DNA from: an uncultured Bdellovibrio sp.
GTDB taxonomy: Bacteria; Bdellovibrionota; Bdellovibrionia; Bdellovibrionales; Bdellovibrionaceae
Assembly (NCBI GenBank): GCA_963932905.1
Contig: CAWVRN010000007.1
Coordinates: forward strand, 69,955 to 133,954
Length of the DNA stretch: 64,000 nucleotides
Direction: 5' to 3'
Below, piece after piece: positions 20,758-30,204 of this stretch. The notes under the pieces were generated by a model, which saw nothing but the letters and a program-made list of their open reading frames with translations, was not told the DNA's origin and made no database searches. Position 1 is the stretch's first letter. Every line of letters starts with the position of its first letter. Both the position numbers and the translations under genes were made by a program.

Positions 20758-21687
20758 TTAATTCTGTGCCGCTTGTTCGATACGACCGTCACCAATTACG
20801 TTAAATAGCAGTGATTTCTGCTGCATCTTGGCCGCATTGCCGACGCCCCAGTATACGAAAACCTGCATCGCTGCTAACGGATTTGTTTTCTTTCCGATGT
20901 TGAACACGCTTGGAATCTGAACTTCTGATGCGAAGTCAACACCCCAACCCACTGTTAGATCTACTGGCGTCACTGATACATTTGCTAGATATTGACCGAC
21001 GCCATTGAAACTGCCGCCGTAAACGAAACTAATTCTAAATGTAAATTTAGCGACCTTCTGTCCAATTTTACTTTTTTGTTCGACTGTGAAAACTTTAGAT
21101 TTTGGGATCTTCCATTCTTCTAAATCGGTCCAGCAGGTTACGCCTTTGGGTAATCCGTGTGCCTTATAAGTACTTACACGCATGGTCGGTCGGCCTTGTT
21201 GCACTATCGACCAAATCATATTCCCTATATTAATGATTTGATCCACGATGATTCCAGAATTACCTGGGAACAATCCGCCACTGCCGGTACCAATCCCTCC
21301 AACACTTCCGATACTGCCAACTCCCCCAAATCCGCCAGTACTAGTGCTATTTCCGGGCGCTACGATCACCGTTCCCCCATTACCACTGTCCGTAGTCCCG
21401 CTGCCAATGACAGCAGGAAGGCCAGTGCTACCTCCGGCATCACCAGTGACGGCACCACTGCCGGTATCTCCCGCCTGTGCGCTGCCATCGCTGCACCCTT
21501 GCGTTTGATCGAAATAGTTATTCTCCTCTGGATACTGATCAGTGACGTCTAGAACTTCGAACGCCCCTAACTCTAGTGGGCGAACCTTTGGTTCGACAAA
21601 TGGCTGTGGACTTTTAGCTGTCGCTGCCCACGTTGTTGATGTTGAAAGAACGAATACAACCCCTAATAAAACATTTTTCAATTTCAT
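20758..21687 (-). CDS. Secreted hypothetical protein with a Gly/Ser/Thr-rich linker and beta-rich C-terminal domain
   Basis: GGAGGGG RBS before MKLKNV; signal peptide; low-complexity segment. Confidence 0.75.
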   Translation of the reverse strand: MKLKNVLLGVVFVLSTSTTWAATAKSPQPFVEPKVRPLELGAFEVLDVTDQYPEENNYFDQTQGCSDGSAQAGDTGSGAVTGDAGGSTGLPAVIGSGTTDSGNGGTVIVAPGNSTSTGGFGGVGSIGSVGGIGTGSGGLFPGNSGIIVDQIINIGNMIWSIVQQGRPTMRVSTYKAHGLPKGVTCWTDLEEWKIPKSKVFTVEQKSKIGQKVAKFTFRISFVYGGSFNGVGQYLANVSVTPVDLTVGWGVDFASEVQIPSVFNIGKKTNPLAAMQVFVYWGVGNAAKMQQKSLLFNVIGDGRIEQAAQN

Positions 21688-21812
21688 AACCCCTCCATGA
21701 AATTGAATAACGTTGTAGAGAACGACCATCCTAATGGTCAAACAATGATTTTCTATTTTTTATTTTGACTAGCACAGCTGAAATAAAAAATGTTTTCTAG
21801 TATAACGAATTT

Positions 21813-23021
21813 TTATTTACGAACCAAACAAGCAGCGTAGAAACCATCGAACGATGTTTTATCTGGACGGACATGAAACTCGTTGTCCAGGCTCCACTCC
21901 GGGTGCGATGCCAAGAATGATTTCACTTGAAGTTCATTCTCTTCCGGAAACAAACTGCACGTAGCGTAAACAAGCTTGCCATCTTTTTTCATCATCACAG
22001 AATAGCTATCCAAAATTTCTTTTTGGGTTTGTATTAGATTTTGTAAGTCACTTTTTTTAAGTTTCCATTTAGCATCAGGATTACGTCGGATTACGCCCGC
22101 GCCCGTACATGGAACATCCAACAGAACGCGATCAAATGAATTTTCAAAACGCTTAATTACTTTTTGCGAATCAATAACTTTTTGTTCAATGATATCGACA
22201 CCATTACGGGTCGCTCGACCACGCAGTTCTTTTAAACGGCGATCGTTAATATCAAGACTGATAATCTTACCTTTGTTCTTCATCAACGAGGCCAGATGCA
22301 GACTCTTTCCACCCGCGCCCGCGCACGCATCCACCACGCGCATACCCGGTCTGACATCCATTAATAAAGAAATCATTTGTGATCCACCGTCTTGCACCTC
22401 AAAGAAACCTTTGTGAAAGGCTTGAGTTGAAAACACATTTTTCTTTTCTGTTAACCTCAATGCCGAAGGAACTTGTTTAACTGGTTCTACAGCTATACCC
22501 TCTTCAGACAGAACGCGAACAACTTGATCAACATTCGATTTAATTTCGTTCACCCGTAAAAATATCGGCGCTGTTTCATTCAACGATTTTAAAATAGCTT
22601 CAAAATCATTGGGATAAAACTCTTTAAACGTTTCCACGATCCAGTCGGGAAATGACTGATCGACAGCAAACGGAAGTTTTTTGTTCAACGCCAGAGCTTG
22701 AACTGCCGACGACGGTGCCCATTCGGGAGTCGTGCCAGTTTTTTCTTTGAAATACGCTAGCCACAGACGAAAAATATTGGCGTCTGTTATTTTTTCGGGT
22801 GTCGCATAGTCGTGATCATCTAAACCCGCTAGCGACCAATAACGACGGCGAAACCGAACACAGTCGTAAACCGCTTCGGCAAAGAAACGACGATCGCGTG
22901 ATCCCCACTTTCTATTTTCTTTGAATACACGTTCGATCGCCTTGTCAGCATAGACAGTCTGAGTAAAGATCGACACCAAGGTCATTACAATTTTATCAAC
23001 AAGTAATTTATGAATTTTCAA
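21813..23021 (-). CDS. RsmB/NOP family SAM-dependent RNA m5C methyltransferase
   Basis: FEVQDGGSQ, DACAGAGGKS, LLDVPCTG, VYATCS, DGFY. Confidence 0.92.
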   Translation of the reverse strand: MKIHKLLVDKIVMTLVSIFTQTVYADKAIERVFKENRKWGSRDRRFFAEAVYDCVRFRRRYWSLAGLDDHDYATPEKITDANIFRLWLAYFKEKTGTTPEWAPSSAVQALALNKKLPFAVDQSFPDWIVETFKEFYPNDFEAILKSLNETAPIFLRVNEIKSNVDQVVRVLSEEGIAVEPVKQVPSALRLTEKKNVFSTQAFHKGFFEVQDGGSQMISLLMDVRPGMRVVDACAGAGGKSLHLASLMKNKGKIISLDINDRRLKELRGRATRNGVDIIEQKVIDSQKVIKRFENSFDRVLLDVPCTGAGVIRRNPDAKWKLKKSDLQNLIQTQKEILDSYSVMMKKDGKLVYATCSLFPEENELQVKSFLASHPEWSLDNEFHVRPDKTSFDGFYAACLVRK

Positions 23022-23695
23022 AATGTAAACAAAGCTCCTAGAGCTAGATAAGTGCCATTGAATTGACCGTCTGACAATAGGTGGACGTGATTTTTTATTC
23101 CGGTCTCTATAAAAAATCCAGTGCTGCCAGCAATATTGAAAAATCGTGCGCCCATGAACAACTGATAATCAAACGACAAATTGCTTTCTTGATCAATCTG
23201 CTTAAAAAATACTCCCAAACCAGCGCCCGCACCGAAATACAGCGGAAATTGTGAACCAGCTTCTGGAAACACGATCACTGGCAAGATAGTAAACTTCACT
23301 GGCTTTTGATCAACGACTTTGAACTCATTCAATTCAAAGCGCACATCCAGATCGGTCTGTCCCCACTCATCAAAACGATAGGTAACCCCAAATCCCGATT
23401 TACCTGTGTCTTTCTGTTTTTCTTTCTGCCCCCACAACCATGTTTCGCTATTCATGTATTGGCTGGCATGAATCGCCAAATAATGATCCCCAGACGCCAC
23501 ACTGCTACTACTCCGAGGGGGTTTTTCTGAATCGGATTGAAAATACTCTTGTGCCTTCTGGCGCCCAGTCTTTGGGGCTTCTGCGTCTTTGCCCGTTTGG
23601 TTTTGAGCTAGCTTTCGACCCACGCGATAGTTCTGAGACGAAAATGAAACTTCTGTCATCAGTAGGAAAGTGAAAATGAAAAGTAAAATTTTCAA
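23018..23695 (-). CDS. Small outer-membrane beta-barrel protein
   Basis: TTG start with GAGG RBS; signal peptide; PLYFGAGAGLG; C-terminal LGALFTF. Confidence 0.7.
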   Translation of the reverse strand: MKILLFIFTFLLMTEVSFSSQNYRVGRKLAQNQTGKDAEAPKTGRQKAQEYFQSDSEKPPRSSSSVASGDHYLAIHASQYMNSETWLWGQKEKQKDTGKSGFGVTYRFDEWGQTDLDVRFELNEFKVVDQKPVKFTILPVIVFPEAGSQFPLYFGAGAGLGVFFKQIDQESNLSFDYQLFMGARFFNIAGSTGFFIETGIKNHVHLLSDGQFNGTYLALGALFTF

Positions 23696-23981
23696 GGAAA
23701 CCTCGCTTTGAATATAGGATACGAGCAAACGGGAAGAGAGGCAAACTGAAGGGGTAATTTGAGCTCGATGAAAGGCGCGTTTGTGAATAAAAACAGCCGC
23801 TAACCAGCTAAAATACCGCGTTTTTTCCAAAATGGGCGAGTTTCTATTCGACTCCCTTGTTTTGTAACTTTAAAATCACTTTAATCGGCTTAAAAATTTT
23901 CAATTTACGAAGACCCACCAATAACAAGAAACCTGTTTTTTAATTCGCCATCCTAAGGGATTTTTGGTATATCAAGTCTAT

Positions 23982-24500
23982 ATGAAATGCCCATATTGCG
24001 GTCACAAAGAGGACAAAGTTCTAGATACGCGCGTACAGAAGGATAGTTCTATCCGTCGTCGTCGCGAATGTTTAGAATGCCATGCTCGTTATAGCACGGT
24101 GGAAACTCTTTTGTTTAGCTACCCGATGGTCATCAAAAAAGATGGTCGTCGCGAACCATTCAGTAAAGAAAAACTACTTAAAGGTATTCAAGCCTCTTGC
24201 CAGAAACGCCCTGTCAGCTTAGCTCAAATTGAAAATACTGTTGAAAAAATCGCTTCATGGATTTTACAACGTGGTGAAAATGAAACGTCATCACGCGTTT
24301 TAGGAAAGAAAGTCATGGCTGAATTGAAACAGCTAGACGACGTAGCGTATATTCGCTTTGCCAGCGTTTATAGAACGTTTAAAGACGTACAAGAGTTCGT
24401 TGAAACGTTAGAAGATGCCGAGTTAATCGACTTTGCAGATACATCACAAGAACAGCTTCCACTAACTGCATTTAATCCTAATATCAAAGTGACTTTATGA
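23982..24500 (+). CDS. nrdR: Transcriptional repressor NrdR
   Basis: MKCPYC..IRRRREC..C zinc ribbon; ATP-cone VIKKDGRRE; AYIRFASVY. Confidence 0.97.
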   Translation: MKCPYCGHKEDKVLDTRVQKDSSIRRRRECLECHARYSTVETLLFSYPMVIKKDGRREPFSKEKLLKGIQASCQKRPVSLAQIENTVEKIASWILQRGENETSSRVLGKKVMAELKQLDDVAYIRFASVYRTFKDVQEFVETLEDAELIDFADTSQEQLPLTAFNPNIKVTL

Positions 24501-24907
24501 ATCAAGACAGAAGAAATGCGCGCGAATTAGCTCTACAGCTATTATTTCAATCGGAATTTGCACCACAGATTTCAGTTTATTCATTTTTGCAATTGTACGA
24601 TAACAAGTACGGCAACGAAACGATTGAATACGCGGAACAACTGATCAAGGGCGTGGCTGAAGCAAAAACTAAAATTGACGATAAAATTTCCTCTGTTAGC
24701 CGCAATTGGAAAGTCGATCGCATGGCACTGGTTGATCGCAACATTTTGCGGGTGGCGATCTTCGAAATGAAATTAAGCGCTGAAAAACTATCTGAAAAAA
24801 TCGTGATCAATGAAGCGATCGAAATCGCTAAGAAGTATGGCAATACCGATTCAGCTGGCTTCATTAACGGTATCCTAGATCAAGTGAGCCGAGAAGAATG
24901 GCACTGA
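24497..24907 (+). CDS. nusB: Transcription antitermination factor NusB
   Basis: RRNARELALQ, DRNILR, INEAIEIAKKYG, FINGILD. Confidence 0.97.
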   Translation: MNQDRRNARELALQLLFQSEFAPQISVYSFLQLYDNKYGNETIEYAEQLIKGVAEAKTKIDDKISSVSRNWKVDRMALVDRNILRVAIFEMKLSAEKLSEKIVINEAIEIAKKYGNTDSAGFINGILDQVSREEWH

Positions 24908-25353
24908 TCGTCCTTTCTGTAAATCAGTCCTATAACCCTGGCGCTGAATTGTGGATCGTTCCGGATTTTGATCACTCAAAAATTGCAACTAAGTTAGACT
25001 GGTACAACAGTTTCCTTGCGGGGAAAATGACTCGCAAAGAAACTAAAAAAATGGATTCTTATTTAGTCGAAATCTTGGAAGAAACAGAGTTGCCTGATTT
25101 CAAATACGAAACATCTAACAAAGATGTCATTTTAATTCCTACAAAATCTAAATTCCCTAATCGCTGGACGGCGTTTGTGCCTTACAACGACGACCTAGCC
25201 AATTGGTGTGGCAAAATTAACAAGCTATACTTAGATTTGAAAAATCCAACTTTACGGATCTTTTTGCCTACCAACCTTAGTTTGAGCGAGTTCACCGAGA
25301 CTTGGCGTTCGATTAGCTCTGTAGAGGATTTGTCCATAGTTCTTGAAAACTAG
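24898..25353 (+). CDS. Hypothetical protein
   Basis: Overlaps the nusB stop; operonic position. Confidence 0.7.
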   Translation: MALIVLSVNQSYNPGAELWIVPDFDHSKIATKLDWYNSFLAGKMTRKETKKMDSYLVEILEETELPDFKYETSNKDVILIPTKSKFPNRWTAFVPYNDDLANWCGKINKLYLDLKNPTLRIFLPTNLSLSEFTETWRSISSVEDLSIVLEN

Positions 25354-25379
25354 ACGCTCCCCTTGCGACGATAGGGGAT

Positions 25380-25910
25380 ATGTCATTACTTACAAAACTA
25401 TTAGATCCATTTTTTGAAACTAACAAAGAAACTCAAACCGCTTTTGATAGTCGTTTTAATAACTTCTATGAAAAGGAATCTTTCAAGTGGTCAACGCGTC
25501 CATTTTCGTATTTACCCGATTCAGAAAACCTTAAGATTCACGCGCTTTATGCGAAACTGGCGCCCTTCTTTGAATGCACGGGTTTAGTTCACATCAATAA
25601 ACAGCAAGTGCGTTTTATTAAGAAAGATGTTTTTGAACAGAAACAAGACGTTTCTAAAACTGAATTCACTTTAGATTTAACAAAAGCGCCGTGCTTTCAG
25701 TGGGTTCATTTAAAATCAGATGTACGAAAAAATACTTTATTATCGGAAGAGTACGGCATCAAGCACACCGAAAAATTCGAACTGTTAGTTTTCAAACTTC
25801 GTTCTGATTACGCATTGATAATCGCCACCGCACAGGCACAGCCTTGGTTACGCGTTAAACTGGATGCGTTCATGGAGCAAATTATTTTAGGCTATTGCGA
25901 TAATGAGTAG
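25380..25910 (+). CDS. Hypothetical protein
   Basis: AGGGGA RBS; coupled to the next gene. Confidence 0.7.
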   Translation: MSLLTKLLDPFFETNKETQTAFDSRFNNFYEKESFKWSTRPFSYLPDSENLKIHALYAKLAPFFECTGLVHINKQQVRFIKKDVFEQKQDVSKTEFTLDLTKAPCFQWVHLKSDVRKNTLLSEEYGIKHTEKFELLVFKLRSDYALIIATAQAQPWLRVKLDAFMEQIILGYCDNE

Positions 25911-26739
25911 AAAACATTTAATTTCTATTATTTCTGATGGAACAGGTGAAACGGCAGCAACGATGATTCGCGCGGCACTGGTTCAATATAGCCAAAGTGA
26001 CATTCAGATTATTAGAAATAAAAATGTTCGCTCAGAAAACCATATAGATGCATTGATTGATGAATGTGCGGCTGGCAATGGAATGATTGTTCATACGGTC
26101 GCTTCACCTAGCATGCGTAAGAAAATTCAAGAACGCGCATCTGAAAAAGGAATTCTGTCATTTGATTTGTTAGGTCCTCTGCTGGGAACTCTGGATAGCT
26201 ATTTTGGATTTGCTTCTGAATCGCAAGTGGGCGTTTTACGCGCTGTAAATGAAAACTACTTTAAGCGTATTGAAGCCATCGAATACACGGTTAAACACGA
26301 TGACGGCAAGACTTTGCATGACTTAGATAAAGCCGACATCATTCTATTAGGGATTAGTCGTACAAGTAAAACACCACTCAGCATCTTTTTAAGCCACAAA
26401 GGCTGGAAAGTCGCCAACGTTCCGATGGTGTTAAATACACCCGTTCCCGAGGAAGTCTTTAAAGTGGATCAACGTCGCATTGTTGGATTGCTGATCGATA
26501 TCGAATCACTTCAAAGAATCAGAAAAAATCGCTTAGAAAAATTTGGCCAAGATCCGGGTGGTGATTACGCGTCGCTATCTACGATCCTGCAGGAAATTGA
26601 ATACGCTACTGGCGTCTTCAAACAAAATCGTAAATGGCCCGTATTTAACGTAACCGACCGAGCTCTTGAAGAAACAGCGACCGAGATCGTAAAAGTGATC
26701 AGTAGTCGACTGGGACTTCCTGATTCGGTTATTTTTTAG
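25903..26739 (+). CDS. ppsR: PPDK/PEP synthase regulatory protein (kinase/pyrophosphorylase)
   Basis: ISDGTGETA, YFKRIEAIEY..HDDG, GISRTSKTP, VANVP. Confidence 0.93.
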   Translation: MSRKHLISIISDGTGETAATMIRAALVQYSQSDIQIIRNKNVRSENHIDALIDECAAGNGMIVHTVASPSMRKKIQERASEKGILSFDLLGPLLGTLDSYFGFASESQVGVLRAVNENYFKRIEAIEYTVKHDDGKTLHDLDKADIILLGISRTSKTPLSIFLSHKGWKVANVPMVLNTPVPEEVFKVDQRRIVGLLIDIESLQRIRKNRLEKFGQDPGGDYASLSTILQEIEYATGVFKQNRKWPVFNVTDRALEETATEIVKVISSRLGLPDSVIF

Positions 26740-26746
26740 AGGGAAG

Positions 26747-27736
26747 ATGACATTTATATTAAGCGTTTACGCTTTAATGATATATGCAAAAATTCTCGTG
26801 ACTAAATTCGACAAGAAAACCATGTGGATATCTTGCGGTGTCGTATTAGCTGGATTTATCGGTACGGCGGTGTGGGGCAAGCGGACCTCATATCAAAATT
26901 TTTTATTCTTCACTAGCTCGGCAACTTTGATTTTTTCAATGAATCAAATCTGGGTAGTTCAACTAAAACGAAAGTTCTATTCGTTACCCGCGATTGTATT
27001 TCAGATTCCACTGTTATTGATACCCTTATATAAAACACAGATGTCAGCGCGTATGAGTTTCCTTGTCTTTGGATTCTCGTTTATTACCGGTCTTCTTTTG
27101 GATCAATTTTTTAATAGCCCCTACCCGTTTTCGTCTTTTTTTGAATTCAATTTTTATCGATCCACAAAAAACAAAACGCAGCTGCCAGTGACTCAGTTGC
27201 AGACGTATTTAAAAAACAATCTAGGCAACTTTGTGCTGGGCCAAATTTTTATCCGTAGCTATAACGAAGCGTCCGCATCCGAAAAATTACAATTCCAAAA
27301 AGAATTGCTGCCAAGCTTATTGATTTACTGGGTGTCTAAGAAATCTTTTAATTCAATGCACCCAATGGCAAAATCATTTAATCAGCTGGCCACGGCCGAT
27401 ATCAAAGAGAATTTCACTTACTACGACCTAAACAATATGGATTTACCTTGGATACACGATGTGTTTCGCTGTGGTTGCTGGAAGATTGGGTTGTATCTAC
27501 TAGATCAGTATCTCGTGACAAACAAACAATCCAAAATGTACACATCCAGTCTATTGTGGTCTGATCGAATTCTAAACGATTTAAAACGCGCGTCGTTTGA
27601 CGATGAAACAATTGAAAATTGGTTAATGGACTACCGAGAACGTTTCAAGGGAACTCCCCTTTCAGCCAAGATCCAGCTTGTTTACCACAACAAAGACGAT
27701 TGGTTTGAAAAAAGCTACCGATTTGCTGCGCTTTAG
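26747..27736 (+). CDS. Membrane protein, N-terminal multi-TM region plus soluble helical domain
   Basis: About five hydrophobic segments in the first 120 aa. Confidence 0.7.
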   Translation: MTFILSVYALMIYAKILVTKFDKKTMWISCGVVLAGFIGTAVWGKRTSYQNFLFFTSSATLIFSMNQIWVVQLKRKFYSLPAIVFQIPLLLIPLYKTQMSARMSFLVFGFSFITGLLLDQFFNSPYPFSSFFEFNFYRSTKNKTQLPVTQLQTYLKNNLGNFVLGQIFIRSYNEASASEKLQFQKELLPSLLIYWVSKKSFNSMHPMAKSFNQLATADIKENFTYYDLNNMDLPWIHDVFRCGCWKIGLYLLDQYLVTNKQSKMYTSSLLWSDRILNDLKRASFDDETIENWLMDYRERFKGTPLSAKIQLVYHNKDDWFEKSYRFAAL

Positions 27737-27752
27737 TTCTTAAGGAGAATTT

Positions 27753-28496
27753 ATGAAAAAGATTATGTTGGTTTCTATTTTGTCTCTGCTTGCTTTATCG
27801 AGCTACGCCGGTGCTTATATCGCGGGACAAAACGACTTTTGGAAAGGTTCGCAAATGGTCACGGCCGGTGTATACGGCAGCGGAAAAATTAGTTTAGAAG
27901 TCATGAACAAAGATTTCCTAACAGCAAATGGGTATAGCTTATCTATAAAAAGCCCACTTAAAGACGAATGGAAATACGAAAAAGGTGGTTACGAGGGTAA
28001 AGTTGTAGTTAACCGTCGTGGACCTGGCGAGTTCGACTCCATTGTTATCCAAAATAAAAATTTCGATAGGCAGGAATGGACCGACTTATCTGTCTTTGGT
28101 GAAGGAAACACTCTTCTTAGACGTACCGTTTGTGAAGAACGCAAATGTTTTGTAATCTCAAACAGCATTTGTGACAGAGTTGCAAAAACTATGGGGAAAG
28201 ATGCTCGAGGACTAACATCGATGCAAGCCCAGTGCGCCAATCTATCAACAGCTTTCAAAACGGCTATGACGGAAGAAAAGAAAAGCAACTTAGATGTCGA
28301 ATTCGCAGCGGATGTTAAAAAGATGCCAAGCAATCCATTACGTGGAAGAAATATAGTTATGGGTGACAACATTGATGCATCAGCAAAAAATTTATATGCT
28401 TATCTATCACATTGCGAATCGTTAAAAAACTATAACAGCGCTGACGTCGTTTCGTCTGGCCCAAGAGCATCTTCGACTGGCGATAGAGCGAAATAG
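27753..28496 (+). CDS. Secreted hypothetical protein
   Basis: AAGGAG RBS; signal peptide ending SYA; several Cys. Confidence 0.8.
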   Translation: MKKIMLVSILSLLALSSYAGAYIAGQNDFWKGSQMVTAGVYGSGKISLEVMNKDFLTANGYSLSIKSPLKDEWKYEKGGYEGKVVVNRRGPGEFDSIVIQNKNFDRQEWTDLSVFGEGNTLLRRTVCEERKCFVISNSICDRVAKTMGKDARGLTSMQAQCANLSTAFKTAMTEEKKSNLDVEFAADVKKMPSNPLRGRNIVMGDNIDASAKNLYAYLSHCESLKNYNSADVVSSGPRASSTGDRAK

Positions 28497-28908
28497 ATTA
28501 TTTTGCGGGGATTCAAGACAATCGCTACATTTTTAGTTGATGCGTGACGGTGGTTAAAACAGAAAATTCAAACGTCTCTTGTGTCTTGAACCTCACACTT
28601 AACTTGTAGAAGTTTAGACTTGATCTGAAACTTCCTGCAACTAGTTTATACTTGGTATGCCAGTCATTGAAATAGTGGCACATATTCGATAGTGAGGCTG
28701 GGACTGGAATTTCGCCGTTATTTCCGAGAAAGCGGTTCCAAAAAGCTAAGTGGCGGATAACCAAGCAGCATATAAAATCATTCCTTTTTAATACAAACAT
28801 CCAACTACATTGTTTTCAAATTTTTGTCTATTAAGTACTTTTGTCTATAGTTTCGAAAAAAATTTTAGTTTATGCTTATTTTGGTTTAAAATAAATAATG
28901 GAGGATTC

Positions 28909-29910
28909 ATGTTACGAAAACTTTTTTTTCTTGGTCTAATTTTAAATAATATATCCGCTTCAAATGCCAAAACAGCGTCTGCTGAAAGCATTTACAACTA
29001 TCTTATGCCAGCAAAAACAATTACAGAATTCGCAATAATCAATACTGATGAAAATCAGCGAAAAAATTTAGTTGAAGCAATTAATTCTGGAAAAGTTTCA
29101 GAGAAACTCGAACGTCCTGTGATAACAGCTGATAAAATTAAAAATATTCTTACAATAAAAGGGAATTGGGGTGAATTTGAAATAAACTACTCTTTGTCCG
29201 ACTCTAAAAGTATTATAATTAATGGCAAAAAATTTCCTCTTAAAAGTGCGTACAAATTAGAAGAGTTTTCTTTTGCGCCAAAAGCGAGTCGGTTTTCTAT
29301 TTTCGGATTTGAGGTTTATGCGGCCAATGACAACTGGGCAATGCGATTTTTTTCTTCTGTAGCAGCGGCGGCGACCGACCGTTGGAATAATACTGTTAAT
29401 GATACTTCTAAGCGAATAAACTTTGTTGGACTAATGAGAGGCTTGCAGTGCGAAGATAAAAAGCCATCGCAAGTAATTGTTGGACAAGACCAAGTCGCCT
29501 TGAAACTAATTTATAACGCAAGAGGTCTTGTTAATCGGATTGATATGAGCGACGCCAATGGCAATAAATGTATTTTACATTTCGATCCTAAGGAAAATAT
29601 TTCTGCCGTCGATCAGATACGCGGCGACTGTAGCCCCTACAAAAAAACTATGCGACATCTTGATGATAGTATAAAAGAGACAGCGAGATATACTTCTGGA
29701 ATATCGGTTAGTAGTGTACTTCTCAATGTTTCATCGTTAATGTGGTCGGGACCAAGTTATATAGAAATTTTAAAAGACTGCTGTACCTCTAGTAGTTGCC
29801 AACAAAACGTACAAAAGCAAATTGATAAAAATAACAAGGACTATTTGAATGTTGCTCCTTCTAATGGCCCGGCAGGTCCAAGAAAAGGTTCGGCGATTCG
29901 TGTAATTTAA
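28909..29910 (+). CDS. Secreted hypothetical protein
   Basis: GGAGG RBS before MLRKL; Cys-containing; AT-rich. Confidence 0.75.
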   Translation: MLRKLFFLGLILNNISASNAKTASAESIYNYLMPAKTITEFAIINTDENQRKNLVEAINSGKVSEKLERPVITADKIKNILTIKGNWGEFEINYSLSDSKSIIINGKKFPLKSAYKLEEFSFAPKASRFSIFGFEVYAANDNWAMRFFSSVAAAATDRWNNTVNDTSKRINFVGLMRGLQCEDKKPSQVIVGQDQVALKLIYNARGLVNRIDMSDANGNKCILHFDPKENISAVDQIRGDCSPYKKTMRHLDDSIKETARYTSGISVSSVLLNVSSLMWSGPSYIEILKDCCTSSSCQQNVQKQIDKNNKDYLNVAPSNGPAGPRKGSAIRVI

Positions 29911-30204
29911 TCTTATTCTATCTCAAATTTATAACCGAATAATAGCGCTATATTTTGGCCGCTGAGTTGGACTAGCTAATTCAGCTATCGTGACTGCGAC
30001 TTTCACGGAGATAATTCGATGAAAGTTCGTGTGACACCTCTGGAAACATTGGCCATTATTGTCCGATGAAATCGAAATCTGGTATGAGAAGTGTCAGATC
30101 GAGTCTAAGTTTCTACAAGGACATCGGTTTAAAATTGAACTGACAGCTCAAAATAATTTGCTGAACAAAAGGGCGACTGTCAGATCAAATTTAAACTTCT
30201 ACAA

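Noticed and set aside
21157..21552. Pro-rich and Ser/Thr-rich plus-strand ORFs
   Set aside because: Reverse-complement artefact of the Gly-rich tract
28525..28800. 91-aa minus-strand ORF or possible ncRNA in the 400-bp gap
   Set aside because: No RBS, no motif, only a 9-bp inverted pair
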